Source of the DNA: Chlorobiales bacterium
GTDB taxonomy: Bacteria > Bacteroidota > Chlorobiia > Chlorobiales > Chlorobiaceae
Assembly: GCA_026390855.1 (NCBI GenBank)
Contig: JAPLFE010000047.1
Span: 10,599 to 74,598 of the forward strand
Length of the DNA stretch: 64,000 nucleotides
Direction of reading: 5' to 3'
Part shown: piece after piece, positions 10,167 through 20,292 of the stretch
Numbering within the stretch: position 1 is the first letter of the stretch
Layout: the number at the start of each line of letters is the position of its first letter
Translations under genes and position numbers: made by a program
Notes under the pieces: model-generated
Told to the model about the DNA's origin: nothing
Databases searched by the model: none
The model's input: only the letters and a program-made list of their open reading frames with translations

Positions 10167-10310
10167 TCAACATTCCTCTCTCTGTTCAACTTCATCATTA
10201 TCATTTTTTTTATGTGTTCGATTTGCAAGAAAAATGATTCCGCCAAAGAGAAAAGGTCCGACAAATATCAGTAAGTCCTTGACAAAATTATGGAATTCAC
10301 TCTGAATCAT
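10167..10310 (-). CDS. Putative 47-aa single-pass membrane protein
   Basis: Manual translation MIQSEFHNFVKDLLIFVGPFLFGGIIFLANRTHKKNDNDEVEQREEC: hydrophobic segment, then basic residues, then an acidic tail. Confidence 0.4.
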   Translation of the reverse strand: MIQSEFHNFVKDLLIFVGPFLFGGIIFLANRTHKKNDNDEVEQREEC

Positions 10311-10471
10311 TTTTTTTGAACTGTATCGAAAATTGGGGCGGAGCGAAGCATTTTATTAGTACAAAGAACGAAGTATACGTAAAAAAAGACAAGGATAAAA
10401 GAGTGATGACTGCGAGTGTTTGCTAAAACGGAAAAGACTGGCTAAACAGAAAGTGGAGAGCTTACAGCGGA

Positions 10472-10915
10472 TTATGGTAGGGGCTCACTGCCTTTCGTAT
10501 AAACTATCTTTGGTACAAAAACCCTGGGATCAACAATAGGCAAAGGAATATTTCCTAAGAACGTTCCAGCTCCTTTGACCATAATAGCTCCTCTGGTTGT
10601 AGAAATCGCCAATGATATTGGTGTAATAAGAAAACCTTCCGGATAAATAATCACCCCTTTTTCTGATAAAAGGTGCTCTATACCCACGATAGAAATTAAT
10701 GAGGCTGTTTCAAAAAAAGCTACTTGCTTATCGATACTTTTTCTGTTAACTCGAACTAAAACCTTTACAATAATTCCAGATTGATAGGTTTCAATATTAG
10801 TCCTTATTTCAAAATCAAATTTTTCGGCAGGATGGACATCCTCCTGCTGTTCAAAAGAAAATCTCAGAAACTTGAACCCTTCAAATTTTATACTGATTTT
10901 TTTGCGTTCATTCAT
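10472..10915 (-). CDS. SecB-like chaperone (TAC system chaperone)
   Basis: About 147 aa; beta-rich N-half, helix ISLAISTTRGAI, C-terminal IPLPIVDP as in SecB-like proteins; ATG 5 nt after the antitoxin stop. Confidence 0.72.
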   Translation of the reverse strand: MNERKKISIKFEGFKFLRFSFEQQEDVHPAEKFDFEIRTNIETYQSGIIVKVLVRVNRKSIDKQVAFFETASLISIVGIEHLLSEKGVIIYPEGFLITPISLAISTTRGAIMVKGAGTFLGNIPLPIVDPRVFVPKIVYTKGSEPLP

Positions 10916-10920
10916 AATAT

Positions 10921-11325
10921 TCAAGCTGCTGTCTTTTCCCAATCAATCGTATTATTTTCAGAACTGACAACAGTTTTGGTTGCCGAACCATATTCTTTTG
11001 GGGATATTTTTTCCCACGGATTTTGCGAATACAGGATGCCAATATACTTATGACCTTTTAATTCCGTGTGAAAATCAATAATATCTTTCCCTAAAGCAAG
11101 CTCCAGTTCGACAATGGTTTTCAGTGTTGGATTTGCATTACCCGATAAAATCCTGCTGATAAATGATTCTTTTTTTCCAAGCTTTTCAGCAAGACCCCGT
11201 TGGGTTATACCTGTTAATTTAATGAGATCAGTCACTTTAACGGAGAAGTCCATCTGACGGCTGACCAACTTTTTCGTTAACGGTGGCATATTCTCAACAA
11301 ACTGCTGAAAAAAAGTTTTACTCAT
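10921..11325 (-). CDS. XRE-family HTH antitoxin (HigA-like) with C-terminal extension
   Basis: ITQRGLAEKLGKKESFISRILSGNANPTLKTIVELELALG is a cro/C1 HTH, followed by a roughly 49-aa tail. Confidence 0.85.
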   Translation of the reverse strand: MSKTFFQQFVENMPPLTKKLVSRQMDFSVKVTDLIKLTGITQRGLAEKLGKKESFISRILSGNANPTLKTIVELELALGKDIIDFHTELKGHKYIGILYSQNPWEKISPKEYGSATKTVVSSENNTIDWEKTAA

Positions 11326-11326
11326 G

Positions 11327-11809
11327 TTATATATCCCCTATTGAAAATTCAAGAAAGCCTTCAAGCTCCCCGGTATCTCGATTAAGACGAATTTCGCGAT
11401 TTCTTACACGTCGCAAAACCAGTTCATCAATTTCTTGTAATATCTCTACTGAATGATTGAGTTCTTGATCATCCTGGTACGTTGGTGTTTTTTTCACCCC
11501 TCCGTTTCCGACGATCAACAATACATCTGACCACCGCAAACAATATAACCTAACCCTCCCTCGGCGTAACGCCACCAAAGAATCCTTTTTCTTTCCTTCT
11601 TTTTCTTTAAAGTAATCCTTGAGGAAGCCATGCTTTATGGTCATTTCATTCAGAATCGAGCCAATCTCAGCAACCTCTTTTGAATCTTTCAGCTGCTGTT
11701 TGTCCAAAAACTTCTCAAACTCGGTATTCCTTTCACCCTCAAACTGAATTGAATAAAGAGCCCCAGCATCCCCGCTCTCAACAAGAACAAGCTTAAAACC
11801 CTTCTTCAC
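11327..11809 (-). CDS. RelE/HigB-like type II toxin (putative)
   Basis: ALRRGRVRLYCLR...LLIVGNGGVKKT resembles the RelE/HigB core; toxin-first order directly upstream of the HTH gene (1-nt gap); GTG start. Confidence 0.65.
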   Translation of the reverse strand: MKKGFKLVLVESGDAGALYSIQFEGERNTEFEKFLDKQQLKDSKEVAEIGSILNEMTIKHGFLKDYFKEKEGKKKDSLVALRRGRVRLYCLRWSDVLLIVGNGGVKKTPTYQDDQELNHSVEILQEIDELVLRRVRNREIRLNRDTGELEGFLEFSIGDI

Positions 11810-11819
11810 TTATAAGTTA
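11806..11819. promoter_or_regulatory. Palindromic operator candidate overlapping the toxin start codon
   Basis: TCACTTATAAGTTA: 14-bp inverted repeat with one mismatched pair; perfect 10-bp core ACTTATAAGT. Confidence 0.45.
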
Positions 11820-12092
11820 TATTTTGTAGCATAAAAAAACAATTAAATCATACTGAATGATACTCACTGTTTCGGCTGGCACCCTATCGTAAAATAGAAA
11901 AAACACCTTTACGTTTACCCGGGGTAGTGTACAAAAAAACTACAAATGAACCACAACACATTACCGCTTTGGCAAAAGCTTGCGAGTAACCGAGCAGAAA
12001 CCACTTTTGGAAGCAGGACTGAAGTGCTGCATCAGCTGTGAAGATAATATTCTATGTTACGTATTGAGGAATATTGAGGGGGATACCAGTTC

Positions 12093-12695
12093 TTAACTGT
12101 TACGAATGGAAACAAGAGCTGATTTGACCACTTCCTCGACCGTGAGATCCGGTTTGTGTTCGAGGATACCGATAACAGCTTTTTGCACGACGATTCTTGA
12201 AAATCCCAATGTTACAAGAGCATTGATGGCATCTTCCCGTAATCGGGTTGTTTGTAGCTTAGCCGGTTCAGCCATGCCGCCTACCGAAGGAAGTTTCAGG
12301 ATTTTATCCCTTAATTCAAGAATAATTCTTGCTGCAGTTTTCTTGCCAACACCAACGATACCATAAAGCCTTTCAGGGGCATTGGCAAGTATGGCTTCAT
12401 GGACATCCTGAACCGGTAATCCTGAAAGAACTGCGAGAGCAAGCTTGGGACCTACACCCGAAGTAAGTAAAAGCAGCCGGAATAATTGACGTTCTTCTTC
12501 CCTCGAAAAGCCATAGAGCTGGAAGGAATCTTCTCTGACAGAAAGATGGGAAAACAACAGCACTTCGCTGCCCGGTTCGGGCAGCTGACGATGTGTGCTT
12601 GCAGAAATCAGAAAGCTGTAGGCAATACCAGAAACTTCCACAACAGCTTCTTCAGGTAAAAGCAGAGCCAGCTTGCCGCGAAAATATGCGAACAT
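12093..12695 (-). CDS. ruvA: Holliday junction branch migration protein RuvA
   Basis: HLSVRED...[45 protein letters not shown]. Confidence 0.96.
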   Translation of the reverse strand: MFAYFRGKLALLLPEEAVVEVSGIAYSFLISASTHRQLPEPGSEVLLFSHLSVREDSFQLYGFSREEERQLFRLLLLTSGVGPKLALAVLSGLPVQDVHEAILANAPERLYGIVGVGKKTAARIILELRDKILKLPSVGGMAEPAKLQTTRLREDAINALVTLGFSRIVVQKAVIGILEHKPDLTVEEVVKSALVSIRNS

Positions 12696-12820
12696 GAAAG
12701 AGATTTAATGAGGACCCCGCCTTAAAGCATAACAAATAAATATATCCGTAGACTTAAGACCTAATATCAAACGTTGAAAATCAATATTTTCGCTGTATCA
12801 ATAATGCTCTTTCTTCCGGC

Positions 12821-13096
12821 TTACTCGGCCTTCACGTAACTATTTAAAAGACGTGTCAACTGAGACTTTTTACGGGATGCTTTATTAGCATGAATGTAAT
12901 TCTTTACCCCGAGTCTATCGAGTTTCTGTACAGCTGAGCGGTAGGCAACTTCGACTACAGCTTTATCAGCACTGGTATCAATCAGTTTCTGCATGGTTTT
13001 CACAAGAACTTTCAGCTCTTTTTTCCTTGCTCTGTTCCTGGCGTTTCTTCTTTCTGACTGCCGCAGTCTTTTTTCAGCCGATTTGTGTAAAGGCAT
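12821..13096 (-). CDS. rpsT: 30S ribosomal protein S20
   Basis: [17 protein letters not shown]...[13 protein letters not shown]. Confidence 0.95.
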   Translation of the reverse strand: MPLHKSAEKRLRQSERRNARNRARKKELKVLVKTMQKLIDTSADKAVVEVAYRSAVQKLDRLGVKNYIHANKASRKKSQLTRLLNSYVKAE

Positions 13097-13320
13097 ATAA
13101 GGGTGCTGTTAGGATAAAAAATAGTTTAATAGCAAACGGTTTGTAATATAAAACAATCAAGTAACAAACCAAAAGGTAAGCTCGAAAATCGAGAAAAGGC
13201 TCTGCCTGCATAACGGGTATGAGCCTGGCCAAAACACCTAATCCCGCAATACCGTAGGGATCACAACCCTTCTTTTGCTTATATTGCGCCAAATTTTTAA
13301 TCATAATAACCACCCATATT

Positions 13321-14745
13321 ATGAGCTTGATGATCAGCGTTTCCGGGATAAGGGGGATTGTTGGCGACAGCCTGACCCCGAAAAATCTTACCACATTTGC
13401 AATGGCCTTTGCGTCCTGGGTTTTGCGCAAAAAAACAGATCGCAAAGAGAGGCTCACGGAACAAAAGCCTCGAATCGTTATCGGCAGGGATACCCGACCA
13501 ACAGGCGATGCCATAGGAAACCTTATCAGCAATACGCTGGTGCTCTGTGGATGCGATGTGATTGATATTGGCATCGCTACAACGCCAACAGTTGAAATTG
13601 CCGTTCCAGCTGAAGAAGCTGACGGCGGACTGATCATTACAGCATCGCACAACCCTGTTGCGTGGAATGCCCTTAAAATGCTTAACTACCGAGGTGAGTT
13701 TTTAAACCTTGGAGAGGTTAATGAACTGCTTGAAATCGCTGAAAAAGAGCTTTTTGTCTACGCACAATGGGACACACTTGGCACAATTTCCCAAAATGAC
13801 CGATATGATAACCTTCATATCGAAAAAGTCCTTCAGCTCTCCTGTATTGATACTGCTTCCATTGCGGCACAGAACTACCGTGTTCTTGTAGATTGTGTCG
13901 AAGGTGCTGGTTATTCTATTGTTCCGCAACTTTGCAGCAAACTGGGTATAGAACACATTGTACCCGTTGCATGCGGTGGCAGTGGCTTGTTTCCCCGGAA
14001 CCCGGAACCAATAGAGGAAAATCTTACCAGTACTATTGCTGCACTTAAAGAAAGTAAATGCGATTTTGCCCTTGTAGTTGATCCTGATGTCGACCGGCTC
14101 GCCGTGATTTGTGAAGACGGTTCGCTTTTTGGAGAAGAGTATACGCTGGTCGCCTGCGCTGATTTTTACCTGAAACAGAACCATGGACCGGTTGCCAACA
14201 ACCTTTCAAGCAGCCGCGCACTGCGTGATATAGCGGAGAAGCATAATGTGGCGTGCTATAGTGCTAAGGTTGGCGAAGTCAACGTCATCGAGATCATGAA
14301 AAAGATGCATGTGGTCATTGGCGGTGAAGGAAATGGAGGAGTCATACTCCCGGAACTGCACTATGGCCGGGATGCTTTAGCTGGCATAGCACTATTCGTC
14401 CAGGCATTCACACTCTGGCGTGCTGAGAACAAAGGGGGATTGCTGTCTCAATTCAGGCAACAATTCCCAAACTACGTTATGTCAAAGCAGAAAATCCAGC
14501 TTGCCTCAACAGATCGGAACTTACTTGAAAAAATATTTACTGACATTGCCCAACACTACCATACTGCCAAAGCAAACACCCTGGACGGACTGAAACTTGA
14601 TTTTACTGATAGCTGGGTTCATTTACGACCATCCAATACCGAACCCATTGTGAGAATTTATGCCGAGGCTCCTTCAAAAGGCCAGGCTGAAAAACTTGCG
14701 AGCGAACTGAAGCATGACATCGAAAAACGAACGCACAACCTTTAA
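13321..14745 (+). CDS. glmM: Phosphoglucosamine mutase / phosphomannomutase family
   Basis: SVSGIRG, GRDTR, ITASHNP active Ser, DPDVDR metal loop, GGEGNGG, RPSNTEP. Exact substrate within the family is uncertain. Confidence 0.8.
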   Translation: MSLMISVSGIRGIVGDSLTPKNLTTFAMAFASWVLRKKTDRKERLTEQKPRIVIGRDTRPTGDAIGNLISNTLVLCGCDVIDIGIATTPTVEIAVPAEEADGGLIITASHNPVAWNALKMLNYRGEFLNLGEVNELLEIAEKELFVYAQWDTLGTISQNDRYDNLHIEKVLQLSCIDTASIAAQNYRVLVDCVEGAGYSIVPQLCSKLGIEHIVPVACGGSGLFPRNPEPIEENLTSTIAALKESKCDFALVVDPDVDRLAVICEDGSLFGEEYTLVACADFYLKQNHGPVANNLSSSRALRDIAEKHNVACYSAKVGEVNVIEIMKKMHVVIGGEGNGGVILPELHYGRDALAGIALFVQAFTLWRAENKGGLLSQFRQQFPNYVMSKQKIQLASTDRNLLEKIFTDIAQHYHTAKANTLDGLKLDFTDSWVHLRPSNTEPIVRIYAEAPSKGQAEKLASELKHDIEKRTHNL

Positions 14746-14780
14746 AGCCCCTACAGGTATTTATTTGTCACCGGAAATCC

Positions 14781-16607
14781 ATGAGTAATAACCAATCGAC
14801 AAACAAAAGTTTCAAGCCGCAGCAGGATGAAACGCTTCAAAAAAAGAAAGGAAAATCAGTTGACCGTTATATAGTCTCTCGCCTTGTAACCTATATAAAG
14901 CCGTATAAAACCCTTATTATTGCCGCTATAGCGATAACAATCGCAGGCTCCTTTCTCGCACCCTTAAGACCTTATCTGACAAAAATCGCCATTGATGATT
15001 ATATCGCCAGAGGTGATTTTAACGGGTTGACGATGATCAGCGTTATTCTTGCTGGAGCCATTCTTCTTGACGGCATAAAACAGTACATCACCACCTGGTT
15101 CACACAGATTATCGGTCAGAAAGCCGTGTTGGATATCCGGATGGATATATTCACTCATCTCCAGAAACTTCCCGCACGATATTACGACCGAAACCCTATC
15201 GGACGGCTTATAACACGCGCAACCAATGATGTCGAATCATTGAACGAAATGCTTTCCAGCGGAATAATCACTATTCTTGGCGACCTTCTGCAGCTCTTTT
15301 TTATTGTTGTGCTGATGATATGGACCGACTGGCAGCTGACCATCATAGTTCTGAGCATTCTGCCCCTGATGATCTACGCAACCATAAAATTTAAAAACAA
15401 AGTCAGGGTTGCTTTTCAGGATGTTCTCACCAACGTAGCCCGACTGAACACGTTTTTTCAGGAACATATTACCGGGATGACCATTGTTCAATTGTTTAAC
15501 CGGGAAGAACGCGAGTCCAGAAAATATGCTTCGATTAATGCCGATCACAGGGATGCTAATATCAGGACGGTCTTTTATTTCTCAATCTATTATCCACTGA
15601 TTGAGGTTTTAAGTGCTGCTGCTGCAGGACTTGTCATCTGGTACAGCGGGATCCGCCTCCTCAAGGCAGACCTCACCATAGGAGTGGTTATCTCATTTGT
15701 TCAGTATATCTGGCTTTTTTTCCGGCCGCTTCAACATCTTTCTGACAGATTCAACGTTATTCAGACGGCCATTGCAAGCTCAGACCGTATCATAAGACTG
15801 CTCGATGAACATGAGGGAATCGAAGACCCGTCCGGATTGCAAAATCTTGCATCATTCAAAAAGAGCATCAAGTTCAACAATGTCTGGTTCGCCTATGATC
15901 AGGAAAATTGGGTATTGAAGGATATCTCATTTGAAATCAAGCATGGAGAAAAGATTGCCATTGTGGGAGCAACAGGAAGCGGAAAAACCACACTTATCAA
16001 TATTCTTTCAAAACTGTATCCCTTCGCAAAGGGGTCTTTAACCATTGATGACATTCCGTTGCAGCAAATACAGGAACACTCTCTGAGAAAACTTGTCGGT
16101 GTGGTCATGCAGGATGTTTTTCTGTTTTCCGGAACCATCAAAGAAAACCTTGCATTCGGAAATCCTGAGGCATCTGATGACACCATAAGAGAAGCCGCAA
16201 AAATTGTTGGGGCTGACCGGTTTATTGATCAGCTTCCTGGCGGTTACGAGTACAAGGTACTTGAAAACGGAACGGGACTTTCATCCGGTCAGAAACAGTT
16301 GATCGCCTTTGTGCGGGCACTCCTCTACAATCCGGAAATCCTTGTTCTTGATGAAGCCACCAGTTCGGTTGACACTGAAACCGAATCGCTTATTGATTCA
16401 GCAACTGCCCGCCTTATGAGTGACCGTACCTCCGTTATTATAGCACATCGACTTTCGACTGTTCAGAAAGCCGATAGAATCATTGTGCTGCATAAAGGAG
16501 TAATCAGAGAAACCGGAAACCATCAGGAACTTCTCGCTAAACGAGGACTCTACTACAAACTTTACCTGCTGCAACACCCCGAACAAACCATATTCAGAGA
16601 TCTGTAA
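14781..16607 (+). CDS. ABC exporter, fused permease/ATP-binding protein
   Basis: TM domain plus GATGSGKTT, LSSGQKQL, LDEATSSVD, IAHRLST. Confidence 0.92.
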   Translation: MSNNQSTNKSFKPQQDETLQKKKGKSVDRYIVSRLVTYIKPYKTLIIAAIAITIAGSFLAPLRPYLTKIAIDDYIARGDFNGLTMISVILAGAILLDGIKQYITTWFTQIIGQKAVLDIRMDIFTHLQKLPARYYDRNPIGRLITRATNDVESLNEMLSSGIITILGDLLQLFFIVVLMIWTDWQLTIIVLSILPLMIYATIKFKNKVRVAFQDVLTNVARLNTFFQEHITGMTIVQLFNREERESRKYASINADHRDANIRTVFYFSIYYPLIEVLSAAAAGLVIWYSGIRLLKADLTIGVVISFVQYIWLFFRPLQHLSDRFNVIQTAIASSDRIIRLLDEHEGIEDPSGLQNLASFKKSIKFNNVWFAYDQENWVLKDISFEIKHGEKIAIVGATGSGKTTLINILSKLYPFAKGSLTIDDIPLQQIQEHSLRKLVGVVMQDVFLFSGTIKENLAFGNPEASDDTIREAAKIVGADRFIDQLPGGYEYKVLENGTGLSSGQKQLIAFVRALLYNPEILVLDEATSSVDTETESLIDSATARLMSDRTSVIIAHRLSTVQKADRIIVLHKGVIRETGNHQELLAKRGLYYKLYLLQHPEQTIFRDL

Positions 16608-16610
16608 CGT

Positions 16611-17885
16611 TCACAGGCTGCTATCTCTGAGCACACTGACCGGTTCAAGTTTAGCCGCTCTTGCTGAAGGCAAAATAGCTGCAACAGTGCTTATTAAAAC
16701 AGTTATACCGATAATCAGAAGAAAATACACCGGATTATACGACATACTGAATCCCTTTTGAGTCAATGGCCCCTGAGAACTTTCGATAGGCAGGCTGGCA
16801 AATAAATTGATCGAACCTATAGCCAGAACTCCTCCCGTAAGAGCACCAGCCAATCCTACCATAAAACCCTCTAGAACAAACATACCCACCAACTGCAGTG
16901 CCGAAAATCCCAACGACTTCATAATTGCAATGTCCCGGCTCTTTTCAAACACTGTGGTCACCAGAATATTTGCCACGCCAAACCCCGACACAATACCGAC
17001 AAACGCGACAAGAGAAAAAACGATATAGCCAATACGTGCAAACAAAGAAAGCACGCTGGCATTTTCCTCCTGCCAGGTCAAACATCGATACCCGGTAATC
17101 TTTTCCAGATCCCTTGCCAGTTGAGAATTGTCAAGCGGATCAACAACTTTCAGAGCAATGCCTGAAACTTTGTTCGCCGGCAACCCCTCAATGATCTGAC
17201 CAAGCTTGAGGGAAACAAAAACACTGTTATCAACAGCATTAACACCGGAAAAAAAAATGCCAGCCACTTTGCACTGTCGGCTTTGCCCCGACGCAGGAAT
17301 AATGATAACTTCATCATTCAACTTGAGATTCATATCCCGCGCAACAGTACGGCCCACAAGAAGCGCGTTATGCGTTTTTTGAAACGTATCAATATCGCCA
17401 CTGAGCAGCTTTTTTCGGATACCACTGATAGCGTCCTCTTTTTCAATCATAACACCTTTGAGCAGCAGCGGCTGGTTACGACTTCCTTTAACCGCCATAA
17501 CCTGCGACTCAACATAAGGAGAAGCTGCAAGAACTTGTTTTTCATACTGCGGCAAACTGAAAAGGCTCAGTATCTGGCGATAATTCTGAACCTCCTCCTT
17601 CTCCTGTTTCTGGATATTATTTTCAATAATTGCGACATCTGACGCACTTTGCCCCTCAAGAAGATTCACCGGCATAGGGCGCATTTTTTCCCCTTTAACC
17701 GTGATGTGCGGGGCAACGTTCACAATCGTCTCAATAAAAGAATCAAGCAACCCCCGGGTAAGGGAGTTTGTAGTAATCAGTACCATTGTACTGATTGCAA
17801 CACCGAAAATTGTTGTCAACGTCTGCCTGCGCCGTCCGAGCAAATGACGCATTGCTATATCAAACAAGGTTTTCAGCATGACCAC
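16611..17885 (-). CDS. ABC transporter permease, FtsX/LolC-E family
   Basis: N-terminal TM helix, periplasmic MacB-like domain, C-terminal EKSRDIAIMKSLG and PSARAAKLEPV. Confidence 0.85.
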   Translation of the reverse strand: MVMLKTLFDIAMRHLLGRRRQTLTTIFGVAISTMVLITTNSLTRGLLDSFIETIVNVAPHITVKGEKMRPMPVNLLEGQSASDVAIIENNIQKQEKEEVQNYRQILSLFSLPQYEKQVLAASPYVESQVMAVKGSRNQPLLLKGVMIEKEDAISGIRKKLLSGDIDTFQKTHNALLVGRTVARDMNLKLNDEVIIIPASGQSRQCKVAGIFFSGVNAVDNSVFVSLKLGQIIEGLPANKVSGIALKVVDPLDNSQLARDLEKITGYRCLTWQEENASVLSLFARIGYIVFSLVAFVGIVSGFGVANILVTTVFEKSRDIAIMKSLGFSALQLVGMFVLEGFMVGLAGALTGGVLAIGSINLFASLPIESSQGPLTQKGFSMSYNPVYFLLIIGITVLISTVAAILPSARAAKLEPVSVLRDSSL

Positions 17886-18045
17886 CCTATTGAAAAATAC
17901 AGTAACTGGTTTGGATATAAATTTTTCACCGTTTTGTTATTCTGGTAATTTCATAACGGATTACAAGCCTTGCTTTGTTTGTTGAAAAAAACCTGCCGAA
18001 CCCGTCAAAAGTAAAAAAAAGAGGAGATACCCTGTCTATGGTATA

Positions 18046-18546
18046 CTATAATCCTACCTTTGTCAAATCCAATCCATCAACATCAAAATCAAAAACATGT
18101 TCATCGTATTGAGAAAATTGAGCTGCAATTTTCAGCTCCTTTGCCGTTCGAAGTTGATTTATAAAAATTTTCGGATTGTAAATGAATAATAAGTCACTGC
18201 TCCTGTCACTTGGTTTATCCACAGTAATCCAGTCTGCATTTCCCCCATCAAACTTCACTCTTATCTTATCTCCAGTGTAAAACTTACCTTTATCAACAGC
18301 AAAAAGTACTTCCGCATCTCCCCCTTTAACCTTCCTGATCATGATCAATGCATGGTTTACTCCAGCATACGGGAAAGGTAATTTTATTGAGTTTTTGCTC
18401 TGGAGCGTAGCCGTAGAGACTTCGTTCTGACTGACATCTTCTCTAATTTTTTCATAAATCCAGCGCCCAGCACCTTCAACCACAGATACTTGCACTGCGA
18501 TCGCCATAATCAGTACAATAAAAACCACTTTAAATTTCACAGGCAT
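18046..18546 (-). CDS. Exported hypothetical protein
   Basis: 166-aa ORF with an N-terminal hydrophobic signal/anchor and a globular domain (LPFPY...VKFDGG...SDRSSDLLFI...VFDFDVDGL); function not recognised. Confidence 0.75.
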   Translation of the reverse strand: MPVKFKVVFIVLIMAIAVQVSVVEGAGRWIYEKIREDVSQNEVSTATLQSKNSIKLPFPYAGVNHALIMIRKVKGGDAEVLFAVDKGKFYTGDKIRVKFDGGNADWITVDKPSDRSSDLLFIYNPKIFINQLRTAKELKIAAQFSQYDEHVFDFDVDGLDLTKVGL

Positions 18547-18571
18547 ATCATTTAAATAGGATTACGGGCAT

Positions 18572-18727
18572 TTATGCTAAGCTAATAGAGTCCTCAAACT
18601 CATTGATAAACCTTTCAACGATCACACGTGCCCCATCAAAAAAATCCTCATCAAACTCTTCCGTCCAGAACGTTTGAAGAACGGCACCCATTTCTCCCTT
18701 AGCTCGTTCCCACACCATCATCCGCAT
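18572..18727 (-). CDS. Putative 51-aa acidic small protein
   Basis: Manual translation MRMMVWERAKGEMGAVLQTFWTEEFDEDFFDGARVIVERFINEFEDSISLA; frame open 10 codons further upstream. Confidence 0.4.
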   Translation of the reverse strand: MRMMVWERAKGEMGAVLQTFWTEEFDEDFFDGARVIVERFINEFEDSISLA

Positions 18728-19080
18728 GGCAGTTAATATTTTATCCTCATCAATATCTCACCCATTATGAGTTAACAAGCCACACGAAAATTACGCAAAA
18801 TATGAAAAGCACACCGCTTCAGAATTATACGTTACAGGGGAAGCTGAAAATACTAAAAATTGAACAAGTCTGTATTTGTTCAAGCCCAGCACTGACAGGT
18901 ACTGTTGAGACAACAAGCCCTCAATAATTCACGCATAATTTGTATTAAACTGGCGCTGAAAGCCCCCGCTTGATCAAACCGAACAGCATCCCTCTGATTA
19001 AAACATTAAAAGTCCCAGTGATGAACATCGAGATATCCAGCAATCCAGGCTCAGTTGGAACCCCCCTGGAACCCCCTTAA

Positions 19081-19141
19081 ATATGCCGATAATGTTGCAT
19101 TAGGCGGTTGCTGGGCTTACGGGCGCCTAACTATGGTATAT
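19081..19141. repeat. Imperfect palindrome, degenerate attC-like
   Basis: TGCCGATAA...TTAGGCG (19100-19106) pairs with CGCCTAA (19124-19130), with bulged flanks. Confidence 0.25.
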
Positions 19142-19206
19142 TTTTATTAAGTTACGTTGCAAACATTATAGTATCATAAATCCTGCAAGGAACTTATCCT
19201 TTCTGC

Positions 19207-20292
19207 ATGATCAACAGAATGAGCGACACAAGCAGTAACATCACCACCGAACGCAAGCACAGCCACGTAGAGATATGCCTGCATAGTGATATTACCTTTA
19301 ACAAAAAAACGACCGGTTTTGAGCGATTCGAGTTTGAGCATAACGCTTTACCACAAATGTCCTTCTCGGATATTGACCTCTCAACAACCTTTCTAGGGAA
19401 AAAAATAGGCGCGCCATTGATGATATCCTCTATGACAGGAGGATACAGCGAAGCGTCTACATTAAACCAACGCCTTGCCGAAGCCGCAGAACAATTTCAA
19501 ATTCCCCTTGGCGTTGGCAGCATGCGTCAAGCGCTTGAAAATACATCACACCGGGAAAGCTTCGCTATTGTTAGAAAATACGCCCCATCCATACAGATTT
19601 TTGCAAACATAGGGGCCCCAGAAATCGCAAAAGGTCTTACCGATACAGAACTCAACATCATGCTTGAGCTTCTGGAAGCCGATGGCCTGATCGTACACTT
19701 GAATCCAGCACAGGAGCTTTTTCAACCTGAAGGAAATACGGATTTCAACAATGTTCTTGAGCAGCTTGCAATCATCACCGCTAAAATACCGGTACCTGTT
19801 CTTGTAAAAGAGGTAGGATGCGGCATCTCAGCATCTGCCGCACTCAGGCTGATGGAGGCAGGCGTGAAAGTTATAGATGTCGCAGGGGCAGGAGGCATCA
19901 GTTGGCAAAAAGTTGAAGAAGTCCGCTATACAAGACAGTTCGGACAGGAAACCCGCTTCAGCACTCCGGCTCTTGAAGAACTCCTGAACTGGGGTATTCC
20001 TACCGCCAAATGCCTGTTTGATATCACCTCACTCAAAAAAGAGCATCCTGAATACAGTGCAATTGAAATTGTTGCTTCTGGAGGGATCCAGAGCGGCATT
20101 GATATCGCAAAATCACTGGCACTTGGAGCGCAGCTGGCCGCATCTGCTGGATATATGCTCAAGGCCCTGCACGAAGGAACTCTCGAAAAAACTCTTGAAA
20201 CATGGCTGAACGACCTCAAGGCAGTCATGTTCCTCACCGGAACAGCCAGCATAGAGCAGCTTCGCCACAAAAGTCTTATCCCTAAACCATGA
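19207..20292 (+). CDS. fni: Type 2 isopentenyl-diphosphate delta-isomerase
   Basis: [55 protein letters not shown]. Confidence 0.95.
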   Translation: MINRMSDTSSNITTERKHSHVEICLHSDITFNKKTTGFERFEFEHNALPQMSFSDIDLSTTFLGKKIGAPLMISSMTGGYSEASTLNQRLAEAAEQFQIPLGVGSMRQALENTSHRESFAIVRKYAPSIQIFANIGAPEIAKGLTDTELNIMLELLEADGLIVHLNPAQELFQPEGNTDFNNVLEQLAIITAKIPVPVLVKEVGCGISASAALRLMEAGVKVIDVAGAGGISWQKVEEVRYTRQFGQETRFSTPALEELLNWGIPTAKCLFDITSLKKEHPEYSAIEIVASGGIQSGIDIAKSLALGAQLAASAGYMLKALHEGTLEKTLETWLNDLKAVMFLTGTASIEQLRHKSLIPKP

